DNA of 46,424 nt, taken from contig CAYOJI010000001.1 of the NCBI GenBank assembly GCA_964404225.1, positions 1 to 46,424 on the forward strand. The letters are read 5' to 3'. Below are positions 37,672 to 46,424 of the stretch, one piece after another. Numbering within the stretch: position 1 is the stretch's first letter; each line of letters begins with the position of its first letter. The stretch comes from an uncultured Nitrospiraceae bacterium (GTDB lineage: Bacteria; Nitrospirota; Thermodesulfovibrionia; Thermodesulfovibrionales; SM23-35). The position numbers and the translations under genes are program-made. Under the pieces are notes generated by a model. It ran no database searches, was not told the origin of the DNA, and was given only the letters and a program-made list of their open reading frames with translations.

Positions 37672-38619
37672 ATGGAAATAAGGTCACCATTCTCAAAAAT
37701 ATTGCTTCCAATTGATGGCAGCCATCACTCAAAGCGTGCTGTGACTTTTGCTGGCTATATCTCTAAATCACTATTGAAACTCATTCCTCAAATAACTCTG
37801 CTTCGAGTTATTACCGGACGCTATATTAAAAACTATATGCCCTTCTTTGATTTCCGTGCAGAAATGCTTAAACAATTTGATACCTTCAGCGATTATAAGC
37901 AACGACATATTAGTGCTAACATATTACCTTCGTTAGAGGAGTGTGAAAAGATTTTGAGGGATATGGGTGTAAGAGCCCAAATAGAAAAATTGATATTAGA
38001 AGGAGATCCCTCCAAAGAAATAATCCGGACAGCAAATGAAGGTAGTTTTTCAACAATAATAATGGCTCGGAGAGGACTAACAGAGATTGCGGGGATAATA
38101 CTTGGAAGCGTAACGAATAAAGTCGTTCATTCTGCAATAGGCCATACTGTATATGTTGTAGGTCAGGATGGCTTTGAAGATAAAAAATATCCTATTACTC
38201 ATATTTTAATTCCCGTTGACGGTTCAAGTTATTCTAAAGAAGGTGTAATACACGCGGTATCTCTTTTCAGAGAATTAAAAGGTTGTATCAAAAACATTAC
38301 TCTATTGAAAGTCATTAATATATTTGTTTATTTAAAAAGGCTGAAAGAAGGAATTGACTCCGAAGAAGAGGCAGGGAAAATAGTCAATGAAGCGAAGGAT
38401 ATCCTTTTAAATAATAATATCCCAGAAAATATTATTTCAACAAAAGTAAGAACAGGAGAACCTTCTGAGGAGATTATAAAAGAAGCTGAGGAAAACCCTT
38501 ATAATCTCATTATTATAGGTCGTAAAGGACGAACTGCTCTTAAGGATCTAATCGGAGGTGTTAGTACAACTGTATTCCAACGTTGTCATAATAAAACTAT
38601 TGCAATTGTAAGCTTGTAA
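37672..38619 (+). CDS. Tandem universal stress protein (two UspA domains)
   Basis: 315 aa. Two repeats each starting ILLPIDGS / ILIPVDGS and ending in G-x-x-G-x9-G-S/V motifs (IIMARRGLTEIAGIILGSVTNKVV; IIIGRKGRTALKDLIGGVSTTV). Confidence 0.88.
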   Translation: MEIRSPFSKILLPIDGSHHSKRAVTFAGYISKSLLKLIPQITLLRVITGRYIKNYMPFFDFRAEMLKQFDTFSDYKQRHISANILPSLEECEKILRDMGVRAQIEKLILEGDPSKEIIRTANEGSFSTIIMARRGLTEIAGIILGSVTNKVVHSAIGHTVYVVGQDGFEDKKYPITHILIPVDGSSYSKEGVIHAVSLFRELKGCIKNITLLKVINIFVYLKRLKEGIDSEEEAGKIVNEAKDILLNNNIPENIISTKVRTGEPSEEIIKEAEENPYNLIIIGRKGRTALKDLIGGVSTTVFQRCHNKTIAIVSL

Positions 38620-38656
38620 ACTGTAAATGATTCGTCTGATTAAGAACTTCTGATAT

Positions 38657-40285
38657 ATGAAAAAAACCTTAATCCGTGAATATTGGCAAACAAAGATTGG
38701 TCTTGTACTTGCAATGGCAGGAAATGCAATAGGTCTTGGTAATTTCTTGCGTTTTCCGGGAAAGGCAGCAGAAAATGGCGGCGGTGCATTTATGATTCCC
38801 TATTTTATTGCCTTCATACTAATGGCAATTCCTTTAATGTGGCTTGAGTGGACTCAAGGACGCTTTGGAGGAATGAGGGGACATGGTACAACACCGGGAA
38901 TGTTTCAAGCAATGTGGAAAAATCCAATCGCAAAATATCTTGGGGTTTTAGGTATTTTTATTCCAACAATTATTGTTGTTTATTACACGTACATTGGTAG
39001 TTGGACTATCGGTTATGGTATTTACAGTCTCCTTGACCAGCTTCCAAAAGTAGATCACTCAGTTTTAAAACCTGGCATGAGTCCTCAGGAAATTTCTAAC
39101 TTAATATTACAGCCCTTTGAGGAATTCAGAATTAGTTATACAGGTGTACCAGTTGGTGAATTTCTAAAAGTCCAATTCTTTACATATCTTATATTTATTT
39201 TGGTTTTATTAATTAGTTTATGGTTATTGGCAAGAGGTATTTCAAAAGGCATTGAAATATTGGCAAAAATTGCCATGCCGATGTTATTTGTAATTGCTAT
39301 TCTGTTAGTAATAAGGGTCTTTACCATAGGACATCCTATCTCATCAGAATACGGACCAATGGATGGCTTGGCATTTCTATGGGAACCAAAGTGGTTCATA
39401 GAAAGAAATGGCAAAGAGGTTTTCATATTATTAGACCCTCAAATCTGGTTAGAAGCTGCTGGTCAAGTTTTCTTTACATTAAGCTTGGGGATGGGTGCTA
39501 TTCAGTGTTATGCATCCTATCTCTATAAGGATGACGATGTTGTTCTTATGGGCTTAGCAACAACCTCAGCAAATGAGTTTGCAGAGGTTGTACTTGGTGG
39601 TTCTATCGCTATTCCCGCCGCAGCTGCTTTTTTTGGTGTGACATCAGCTCAAATAATAGCTTCGCAAGGTTCTTTTTATCTCGGGTTTACTTCTATTCCT
39701 GCTATATTTGGATTTTTACCCGCTGGTAACTTTTTAGGCTTCCTCTGGTTTCTATTGCTCTTTCTCGCAGCATTGACCTCTATAGTAGCAATGGCTCAGC
39801 CAATGATGGCATTCCTTGAAGACGAAATCAGGCTGACTCGTAGACAAGCGGCGATTATATTGGGTATCTTCTGGTTTTTGAGCAGTCATATTTGCATATA
39901 TCTGCGAGGGGGGTGGCAAGTTATGGATTTTTGGGCAGGTACTTTCGGACCACCACTTTTAGCATTTGTAGAGGTTATATTAATGATGTGGATTTTTGGA
40001 GCTGATAAAACATGGGAGGAAATGCATCGGGGTGCATTTATGCGAGTCCCAAAGATTTTTTATTATGCTGCTAAATATATAACACCTATTTTTTTAGGCA
40101 TAATTCTTATTACATGGGCATATCAAAATATAGCTACTCCTCTTCTAAATGGCTATCTGTCCCAAAAAGGGGTAGAGGGTATTGAAATTGGATGGGCGAT
40201 ATGGGTTACCAGAATTTTCTTAATTTCAGTGTTTACAGGTATGTGTTTAATCATTTTTATAATCTGGAGGAAGAAGGAGACTTAA
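38657..40285 (+). CDS. Sodium-dependent transporter, neurotransmitter:sodium symporter (NSS/SNF) family
   Basis: 542 aa. AMAGNAIGLGNFLRFP signature and about 12 TM helices. Confidence 0.9.
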   Translation: MKKTLIREYWQTKIGLVLAMAGNAIGLGNFLRFPGKAAENGGGAFMIPYFIAFILMAIPLMWLEWTQGRFGGMRGHGTTPGMFQAMWKNPIAKYLGVLGIFIPTIIVVYYTYIGSWTIGYGIYSLLDQLPKVDHSVLKPGMSPQEISNLILQPFEEFRISYTGVPVGEFLKVQFFTYLIFILVLLISLWLLARGISKGIEILAKIAMPMLFVIAILLVIRVFTIGHPISSEYGPMDGLAFLWEPKWFIERNGKEVFILLDPQIWLEAAGQVFFTLSLGMGAIQCYASYLYKDDDVVLMGLATTSANEFAEVVLGGSIAIPAAAAFFGVTSAQIIASQGSFYLGFTSIPAIFGFLPAGNFLGFLWFLLLFLAALTSIVAMAQPMMAFLEDEIRLTRRQAAIILGIFWFLSSHICIYLRGGWQVMDFWAGTFGPPLLAFVEVILMMWIFGADKTWEEMHRGAFMRVPKIFYYAAKYITPIFLGIILITWAYQNIATPLLNGYLSQKGVEGIEIGWAIWVTRIFLISVFTGMCLIIFIIWRKKET

Positions 40286-40286
40286 A

Positions 40287-40424
40287 ATGAGCTGGCAGGG
40301 ATGGTTATTTATGTCAATAGCTTGGAGTTTTGTATGTGCTATCTTCTTTTATTCTTTTTATCGAGTAATTTTTGATAAAAAAGTTGAATATAAGAAAGAA
40401 AGGGAAATAGAGGATAAAAAATGA
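40287..40424 (+). CDS. 45-aa single-TM small protein, candidate MetS-like NSS transporter small subunit (not in the ORF track)
   Basis: MSWQGWLFMSIAWSFVCAIFFYSFYRVIFDKKVEYKKEREIEDKK. AAGGAGA SD 6-7 nt upstream. Starts 2 nt after the NSS stop, and its stop overlaps the pfk start (ATGA). Confidence 0.55.
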   Translation: MSWQGWLFMSIAWSFVCAIFFYSFYRVIFDKKVEYKKEREIEDKK

Positions 40425-41494
40425 AAATAGCTGTTAACACAGGTGGAGGAGATGCACCGGGATTGAACGCGGTTATACGTGGCATTGTTCTCGCTGCACA
40501 TCAAAAGGGTTGGGAAGTGTATGGGATTAAATATGGTTATAAGGGTCTAATAGATATAAAACAGATTGTGCGTCTTACGCCTGAGACCGTCTGGGACATA
40601 ACGAATATTGGAGGCACAATACTTGGTTCTGCAATTAAAGGAAATCCTTTCAATTATCTCGAAAAAAAACCGGATGGAAGTATTATAGAGACAGATATCT
40701 CGGATATCGTAGTCTCAAATTTTAAAGCCTTAGGATTCGACGCACTTATTGCAATTGGAGGTGACGGTAGCCTCACAATTGCAAATAAATTTTTTAAAAA
40801 AGGCATCCCCATAATCGGTATCCCTAAAACTATTGATAATGATATAAGCTCAACAGATGTTACGTTTGGATTCGATACAGCAGTTAACATAGCCACCGAA
40901 GCTATAGACAAGCTTCATACAACCGCAAAATCACATGACAGGGTGATGGTGGTAGAGGTCATGGGCAGATATGTAGGGTGGATAGCACTTTATTCAGGGA
41001 TTTCTGGATCAGCAGATGTAATATTAATTCCAGAAATACCCTTTGACATAGAAAAAGTTTGCAAAAAAATAAGACAATTAGCTTTGTTCGGTAAAGACTA
41101 TGCGATAGTAGTTGTTGCAGAAGGTGCAAAGCCTGTTGGAGGAGATTTAACCTTTATTGAAAAAAGTCCGGGTGAAATTAGGCTTGGCGGTATTGGGAAA
41201 AAAGTAGCTGATGAAATTGAGTTAAGAACAGGCAAAGAAACAAGGGTCATCGTTCTTGGTCACTTACAAAGAGGTGGAGCACCGACAACCTTTGATAGAC
41301 TTTTATGTCTTAGATTCGGAACCGCTGCAGTAAGATTTGTCGAGAAAGGATTATTTGGGACAATGGTATCATTGCGGTCTACTGAAATATGTGCGGTTCC
41401 CATAGAAGAAGCAATTGGTCAGATGAAAGCTGTGCCTAAGGATTGTGATATTGTCCTTACAGCGAGATGTCTTGGAATAAGTTTTGGCGATTAG
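40421..41494 (+). CDS. pfk: 6-phosphofructokinase (phosphoryl donor, ATP or PPi, not assignable)
   Basis: 357 aa. NTGGGDAPGLNAVIRG; IGGDGS; GIPKTIDNDI; VEVMGR; LGHLQRGG. Mixed diagnostic residues (GGDGS with PKTIDND). Confidence 0.9.
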   Translation: MKIAVNTGGGDAPGLNAVIRGIVLAAHQKGWEVYGIKYGYKGLIDIKQIVRLTPETVWDITNIGGTILGSAIKGNPFNYLEKKPDGSIIETDISDIVVSNFKALGFDALIAIGGDGSLTIANKFFKKGIPIIGIPKTIDNDISSTDVTFGFDTAVNIATEAIDKLHTTAKSHDRVMVVEVMGRYVGWIALYSGISGSADVILIPEIPFDIEKVCKKIRQLALFGKDYAIVVVAEGAKPVGGDLTFIEKSPGEIRLGGIGKKVADEIELRTGKETRVIVLGHLQRGGAPTTFDRLLCLRFGTAAVRFVEKGLFGTMVSLRSTEICAVPIEEAIGQMKAVPKDCDIVLTARCLGISFGD

Positions 41495-41516
41495 ATTAAT
41501 GACCATTAGAAAAGTT

Positions 41517-42446
41517 TTATAATCTTCTTAATTCACTTATTTTTTGCTTCATATCCTCTGGTATATCTGACGAGAATTCCATATAATTTCCTGTTACCGG
41601 ATGAATAAATCCCAGTAAAGAAGCATGTAACATCTGTCTTGGAAATATTATTTTATTCTTCCTTTTTAACTCAATTTTTTTTCCGTACACTTTATCACCA
41701 AGTACAGGATGTCCTATGGATGCGAAATGTACCCTTATCTGATGAGTTCTGCCCGTTCTAGGTCTAATCTCAACAAGCGTAGTATTATTAAATTTCTCTA
41801 ATATTTTCCATCTTGTGATCGCCTCTTTCCCCTTTTTCACGCGTGTTGACATTTTTTTTCTATCTGAAACAGATCTGCCTATTAAAGATACTATTTCACC
41901 TTCATCTTTCTCAGGATGACCGTAGATCAGAGCCACATATTTTCTATTAATTTTTCTATTTTTGAACTGTTCGCTCAGATCGTAGTATGCTTTATCCTCT
42001 AAAGCCACAACCATTACGCCGGAAGTATCCTTATCGAGTCTATGTACAACACCAGGTCTTAAGGGCGCACCTGCGGTTGCAAGTCTATCACAGTGGTAGG
42101 CAAGGGCATTCATAAGTGTTCCGCGATCATGGCCCGCCGCTGGATAAACTACCATCGATGGTGGTTTATTCACCACAATTAAATAATCATCTTTATATAA
42201 GATTTCTATTGGAATAGGTTCGGGAATAAGGTTCTCGGTATCTTTTTTAGCAGATACATTTACATCGATAGCATCTCCTTCTTTTATCTTATAACTTTGG
42301 GTAACGTTTTTATTATTGACAAAGACCTCTCTATTCTCAATAAGCTTCTTAATCTGGGAACGGCTAATACCTGTTCTTTTTGATAGAAAAATATCGAGTC
42401 TTTTACCTGCTTCTGACGAATCGACGACTATTCTTTCAAAAGACAT
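41517..42446 (-). CDS. rluD: 23S rRNA pseudouridine synthase, RluA/RluD family
   Basis: 309 aa. N-terminal S4 domain (RLDIFLSKRTGISRSQIKKLI). Catalytic HRLDKDTSG. RTGRTHQIRVH. Confidence 0.9.
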   Translation of the reverse strand: MSFERIVVDSSEAGKRLDIFLSKRTGISRSQIKKLIENREVFVNNKNVTQSYKIKEGDAIDVNVSAKKDTENLIPEPIPIEILYKDDYLIVVNKPPSMVVYPAAGHDRGTLMNALAYHCDRLATAGAPLRPGVVHRLDKDTSGVMVVALEDKAYYDLSEQFKNRKINRKYVALIYGHPEKDEGEIVSLIGRSVSDRKKMSTRVKKGKEAITRWKILEKFNNTTLVEIRPRTGRTHQIRVHFASIGHPVLGDKVYGKKIELKRKNKIIFPRQMLHASLLGFIHPVTGNYMEFSSDIPEDMKQKISELRRL

Positions 42447-42463
42447 AAGAGATTGACATGGAC

Positions 42464-45025
42464 TTAAATCTTAGCCAACGCCTGATTTAGATCAGCAATA
42501 ATATCTTCTACATCTTCAAGTCCAAGAGCTATTCGGACAAGGTTGTCCACCATCCCAATAGAATGACGATAATCCTCAGGATAGTCAAAAAAGGACATAG
42601 TAGCCATTTGTGTAACCAAACTTTCGCTACCACCAAGACTCGGGGTTATAAGAAATAATTCAAGGGAATCAATAAATTTACGTGTTTCCTTGTCTCCACC
42701 TTTTATTAAAAACGTAATTACACTCCCGAAGCCACGCATCAATTTAACCGCAAGCTCATGATCGGGATGTGATTCAAGTCCTGGATACCAAATTTTATCA
42801 ATCTTAGGATGTGATTCTAACATTTGTGCGACTTTCATACCTGCACGATTATGATGCTCCATCCTTAGTGCAAAAGTTTTTAAACCGCGTTCAAGAAGAA
42901 AACATGTGAATGGTCCAGGAGTTGCTCCGACCATTCTTTCAACTCGATTGAGTTCTTCAAGTAGATCGTGTCTGCCAAGAACAACACCAGCGAGAAGATC
43001 ATTATGACCACCAAGATATTTAGTTGCAGAATGAATAACTATATCTACCCCCATTTCAAGAGGTTTAAGGTTATAAGGTGTAGCCAATGTTGCATCTATA
43101 ATAGTCATCACCCCGTGGTCTTTAGCAACCTTTACAATGGCTGGAATATCCAAAATATGCAAGTAAGGATTGGTGGGGGATTCTGTGAAGATTATATTAG
43201 TGTTTGGCCTTATGGCTTTTGCTATTGCATCAGCATTAGGTTCTACCAAAGAAACTTCGACTCCAAATTCAGTGAGTAAGTTTTTAGCAAAATCGCGTGT
43301 TTGCCTGTAACAGTCATTGGTAAAGATAATATGTCCATTACGCTTCATGTATGCAATTAAAGTTAAAATTATAGCACTCATGCCTGAAGAAAATAATATA
43401 GCTCGTTCAGCTCCTTCAATAGCAGCTAATTTACGTTCGCATTCATGCTGAGTAGGATTGCCGTATCTCCCATATTCATGCTCTCGTACTACGCGACCTT
43501 CGCTCTTTTCCTTCATGAACTTAAGTAAATCTTCTGTTGATTCAAAATAATAATTTGATGTTTGGACGATCGGTGTAGAAACGGAATAATGTGCTTTTGG
43601 AAGACGTTCTAAACCATGTATAGCGAGAGTTGAAGTTTTCCACTGTCTACTATTTGATGATCTTTTGACTAATTTTTTCCTCCTTTTCTGCAAGGCCTCG
43701 CGGAGGGCTTCTCTAACTGCATCTACACTGGGAGGTAATTCAATTGGTTTATTCGCAAAGTGGCAGGGAAAGTCTAGCGTTTCTTCGTGATAGCGAACCT
43801 TAAAATCGGTAAACTTTAAACCATATGCAGTAGAAATAACAACAACTCGCTCTGACTTATCGATCTTTCCGTCTTTAAGTAGTTTTATAAGCACTGCAAG
43901 TGCAACACCGGTGTGTGGACAGTTTAACATTCCAGTAATGTCACCAAGCGCTGCAGCATCGGCTAATTCTTGCTCACTAGCTTGTTCAACTATGCCGTTA
44001 AACCGTTTAAGTGTTCGAATAGCCTTTTCAATACTAACTGGATTACCAATCTGAATGGCACTGGCTAAAGTTTTTTTAGCTTGAATAGGTTCAAATGTTT
44101 CAAAGTTTTTTAAATATGAAAGATAAAGCGGATTGGCACGCTCAGCCTGTGCAACTACGAGACGAGGTAATTTTTTAATGAGCCCGAGTTCTTGCATCAT
44201 TAATAACCCGCTACCAAGTGCAGAAACATTTCCAAGATTGCCGCCTGGTATTATAATTACATCAGGGCTTTCCCAATCAAATTGCTGAACGATCTCAATA
44301 CCCACGGTCTTCTGCCCCTCTATTCGCAGAGAATTCATTGAATTGGCAAGGTAGATCATTTCGTCTTTTGTGATTTCTTGAACGATCTTCATGCAACCAT
44401 CGAAGTCAGTATCTAAAGAAAAAACTAAAGCACCATTTGATATCGGCTGTATAAGCTGAGCGATCGAGATTTTACCTTTAGGGAGTAAAACGATTGACTG
44501 AATCCCAGCAGCCGCGCAGTAAACTGCCAATGCTGCCGATGTGTCACCTGTGGAGGCACATGCCACTGCCTTTATCGGTATACCCTGACTTATCATTTGT
44601 TTAACCTGTGAAACTAACACAGTCATTCCAAGATCTTTGAATGAACCACTATGAGAATTTCCACATAATTTAATCCATAGATCTTTTAGTCCAAGCATTT
44701 CACCAAACCGCTCTGCCCAGAATAGATTCGTACCCCCTTCGTAAAGAGAAACTATATTTTTGTTCTCAATCTGGGGTAATACCCACTCCTTTTTCCCCCA
44801 AACGCCAGAACCATATGGCCACTCTGTAGACTTATACCGTTCATCAAATAATTTCATCCAATCTTGGGGGTTAAGTTTTGAAAGTGCTTTAAGATCGTGT
44901 TTTACTTCAAGAAGAGAATTACATTCCTTACATCGATAAATGATCGAGTCAAGAGGATAGCTCTTTTGACATCCCTCATTAATACATTGAAACCAAGCTC
45001 GATATGGCATGAAAAATATTCTCAA
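42464..45025 (-). CDS. Fusion protein: threonine synthase (N-terminal ~455 aa) joined to a Cys/Met-metabolism PLP enzyme (cystathionine gamma-synthase / beta-lyase family, C-terminal ~385 aa)
   Basis: 853 aa in one frame. ThrC part: Zn-ribbon CINEGC...CKECN, PLP-Lys motif [14 protein letters not shown]. Basic linker [20 protein letters not shown] part: [19 protein letters not shown]-Lys [19 protein letters not shown]-like SLGGSESL. The track start is TTG at 45025; the ATG at 45010 is more likely. Confidence 0.85.
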   Translation of the reverse strand: MRIFFMPYRAWFQCINEGCQKSYPLDSIIYRCKECNSLLEVKHDLKALSKLNPQDWMKLFDERYKSTEWPYGSGVWGKKEWVLPQIENKNIVSLYEGGTNLFWAERFGEMLGLKDLWIKLCGNSHSGSFKDLGMTVLVSQVKQMISQGIPIKAVACASTGDTSAALAVYCAAAGIQSIVLLPKGKISIAQLIQPISNGALVFSLDTDFDGCMKIVQEITKDEMIYLANSMNSLRIEGQKTVGIEIVQQFDWESPDVIIIPGGNLGNVSALGSGLLMMQELGLIKKLPRLVVAQAERANPLYLSYLKNFETFEPIQAKKTLASAIQIGNPVSIEKAIRTLKRFNGIVEQASEQELADAAALGDITGMLNCPHTGVALAVLIKLLKDGKIDKSERVVVISTAYGLKFTDFKVRYHEETLDFPCHFANKPIELPPSVDAVREALREALQKRRKKLVKRSSNSRQWKTSTLAIHGLERLPKAHYSVSTPIVQTSNYYFESTEDLLKFMKEKSEGRVVREHEYGRYGNPTQHECERKLAAIEGAERAILFSSGMSAIILTLIAYMKRNGHIIFTNDCYRQTRDFAKNLLTEFGVEVSLVEPNADAIAKAIRPNTNIIFTESPTNPYLHILDIPAIVKVAKDHGVMTIIDATLATPYNLKPLEMGVDIVIHSATKYLGGHNDLLAGVVLGRHDLLEELNRVERMVGATPGPFTCFLLERGLKTFALRMEHHNRAGMKVAQMLESHPKIDKIWYPGLESHPDHELAVKLMRGFGSVITFLIKGGDKETRKFIDSLELFLITPSLGGSESLVTQMATMSFFDYPEDYRHSIGMVDNLVRIALGLEDVEDIIADLNQALAKI

Positions 45026-45078
45026 TTCTTGGCTGGTGAAATTAATAAGATTAGAATATCACATCAATTTCTTGATAA

Positions 45079-45810
45079 TCAACCTGAATTTGTAATTCTT
45101 TTCTCGATCTGAGTACATATTCCGTGTAGCATCCTAAGTTCCCAATCGGTAATGCCAGCCCTTCTAATAAGATGTTCAATATTTCTCATTATTTTTTTTT
45201 CGAGATCACAATCTCCTCGCGGAATATATCCTAAGAGTTTAAGTGTGGATTCTATGCGTCTTAAAAGATATCCTAATTCATCTTGTTTTACTAATCGAGG
45301 CACTACTGTAGGATAGTCCATATGACCAATTTCATACGCTACTAACATAACACTTTGTGCTAAGTTTAGAGATGGCGCTGATGGATCAGCAGGAATGGTA
45401 ATCAAAAAGCCACATTTATCTATTTCTTCATTAGTTAAGCCATCTTTTTCTCTCCCAAATAATATGGCAACTTTATTTTTCTTTGCAGAGCTAATGATCC
45501 TTTCTACACTTTCTCGGAGGGGTATAATCAACCCTCTTCTTTTACCAAGTCTACGTGTTGTTCCTATGATAAGATTTTTGTCCTTAATAGCTTCATCTAT
45601 TGTAGGATAAACAATTGCTTTTTTGATTATATCGTAAGCTTGACACGCCATCCATTTAGCCTCTTTTGTATGAAAATAAACTGGATTTACTAACTCAAGA
45701 TTGTTAAATCCCATATTTTTAATAGCCCTTGCGGTAGCACCTATATTGCCTGGTTCCTGCGGTTCGACCAGAATAAAGAATACGTTATTTTTCCATAATT
45801 CCATACTCAA
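45079..45810 (-). CDS. trmJ: SpoU/TrmH-family RNA 2'-O-methyltransferase (TrmJ-like)
   Basis: 243 aa. VEPQEPGNIGATARAIKNMGF; ILFGREKDGLTNEE; IPADPSAPSLNLAQSV. Likely true start is the ATG at 45804. Confidence 0.82.
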   Translation of the reverse strand: MSMELWKNNVFFILVEPQEPGNIGATARAIKNMGFNNLELVNPVYFHTKEAKWMACQAYDIIKKAIVYPTIDEAIKDKNLIIGTTRRLGKRRGLIIPLRESVERIISSAKKNKVAILFGREKDGLTNEEIDKCGFLITIPADPSAPSLNLAQSVMLVAYEIGHMDYPTVVPRLVKQDELGYLLRRIESTLKLLGYIPRGDCDLEKKIMRNIEHLIRRAGITDWELRMLHGICTQIEKRITNSG

Positions 45811-46164
45811 TCAAAAACCCCCACTGAAGTGAATTAAGTATTAATTATCAATCTATATGCTATTTTAATAAATTTGTTGAGTTAGATAAAATTTCTGAAT
45901 AATTTTAAGGGCTTTCGCGTTGAGTAAATTCTAAGGCAAAAGAATATACCTAACCCGAAAATGCATTCATTATAAATAAAAATAAAAATTTATATTCCCA
46001 TTTTAAAGAGAACCGGAAGATAGGTATTGAATTTATGCATGAGGCTGGTGCTGTGATAACCTACACAGAGACCGTTTTATTTCAGATGTTAAAGATAGGG
46101 AGTTTAAAGCAATTTCGAGAAGAATAAAATGACAATCGATTGTAATCTTTACCAACTTCTATTA

Positions 46165-46424
46165 TTAAGATTTACGGTTTTTAAAATTGATATCAAATAG
46201 TTTTTCTTCTATATATTGTCCTATCTTTGTATCAGTGAGTTGTTTGAGAGGTATCTTTACGGTTAAAGTTGTACCTTTCCCTGGGTAACCACAAATGTTT
46301 ACATCGCCTCCGAGTAAATAAGCCCGTTCTCGTATTCCTGTTAGTCCATATGACTTGGCACTCGAGATCTGATCTGCAGTAATTCCTTTTCCGTTATCCA
46401 TTACTTCTAAAACAATATTTTCTG
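46165..46424 (-). CDS. Sensor histidine kinase, C-terminal HATPase_c fragment (gene continues off-window)
   Basis: The reading frame is open to the window edge. DNGKGI, GLTGIRERAYLLGG (NarX/DesK-type HisKA_3 kinases), GKGTTLTVKIP. Confidence 0.8.
   Translation of the reverse strand, partial: ENIVLEVMDNGKGITADQISSAKSYGLTGIRERAYLLGGDVNICGYPGKGTTLTVKIPLKQLTDTKIGQYIEEKLFDINFKNRKS

Noticed and set aside
46035-46127. 30-aa ORF MHEAGAVITYTETVLFQMLKIGSLKQFREE in the 354-nt trmJ-kinase spacer, considered as a gene remnant (transposase or toxin fragment).
   Set aside because: No SD and no motif I can recognise. It is too short to assign, and only a homology search could rescue it.

Overview
AT-rich (by eye roughly one-third G+C), densely coding bacterial chromosomal window with about 45 genes on both strands, almost all core metabolism or signalling. 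Left to right: hybrid sensor kinase; yceD-rpmF-plsX-fabH lipid/ribosomal cluster (minus strand); a degraded IS21-family remnant; an orphan CooC-type ATPase; a tetraheme cytochrome c followed by a three-gene phosphorelay (heme-motif, Cys-rich hybrid kinase, stand-alone receiver, receiver-kinase); an archaeal-like thymidylate-synthase-family gene; a CBS protein; an operon of a family-5 solute-binding protein with an ABC-2 ATPase and permease; FKBP isomerase; M48 peptidase; P2-type cation ATPase; an anaplerotic cluster (archaeal-type PEP carboxylase plus two-subunit pyruvate carboxylase); an Aas-like ligase; pepP-aroQ; a Roadblock/TPR pair; coaBC-rpoZ-gmk-remA-yicC; efp-accB-accC-thiE; tandem Usp; an NSS transporter with an unannotated small subunit; pfk; rluD; a threonine synthase::cystathionine-gamma-synthase-family fusion; a TrmJ-like methyltransferase; and a partial kinase at the right edge. 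Gene content (CooC, multiheme cytochromes, archaeal-type PEPC and ThyA-like genes, split pyruvate carboxylase) suggests an anaerobic, possibly thermophilic lineage such as Thermodesulfovibrio-like Nitrospirota or Desulfobacterota. That is inference only, because I cannot run a search. I found no rRNA, tRNA, CRISPR array, prophage, restriction-modification, toxin-antitoxin, retron or other recognisable defence module, and I cannot support a novel multi-gene system here. The best leads are single-locus oddities. These are the ThrC-CGS fusion with a fossil Shine-Dalgarno in its linker, and two in-frame copies of a small inverted-repeat-ended element inside the P-type ATPase. Also a nine-cysteine insertion in a heme-motif sensor kinase, an EF-P with Arg instead of Lys at the modified loop tip, and several palindromic intergenic elements, including a 242-bp unit with perfect 19-bp inverted repeats and a 22-nt motif shared by two distant loci.
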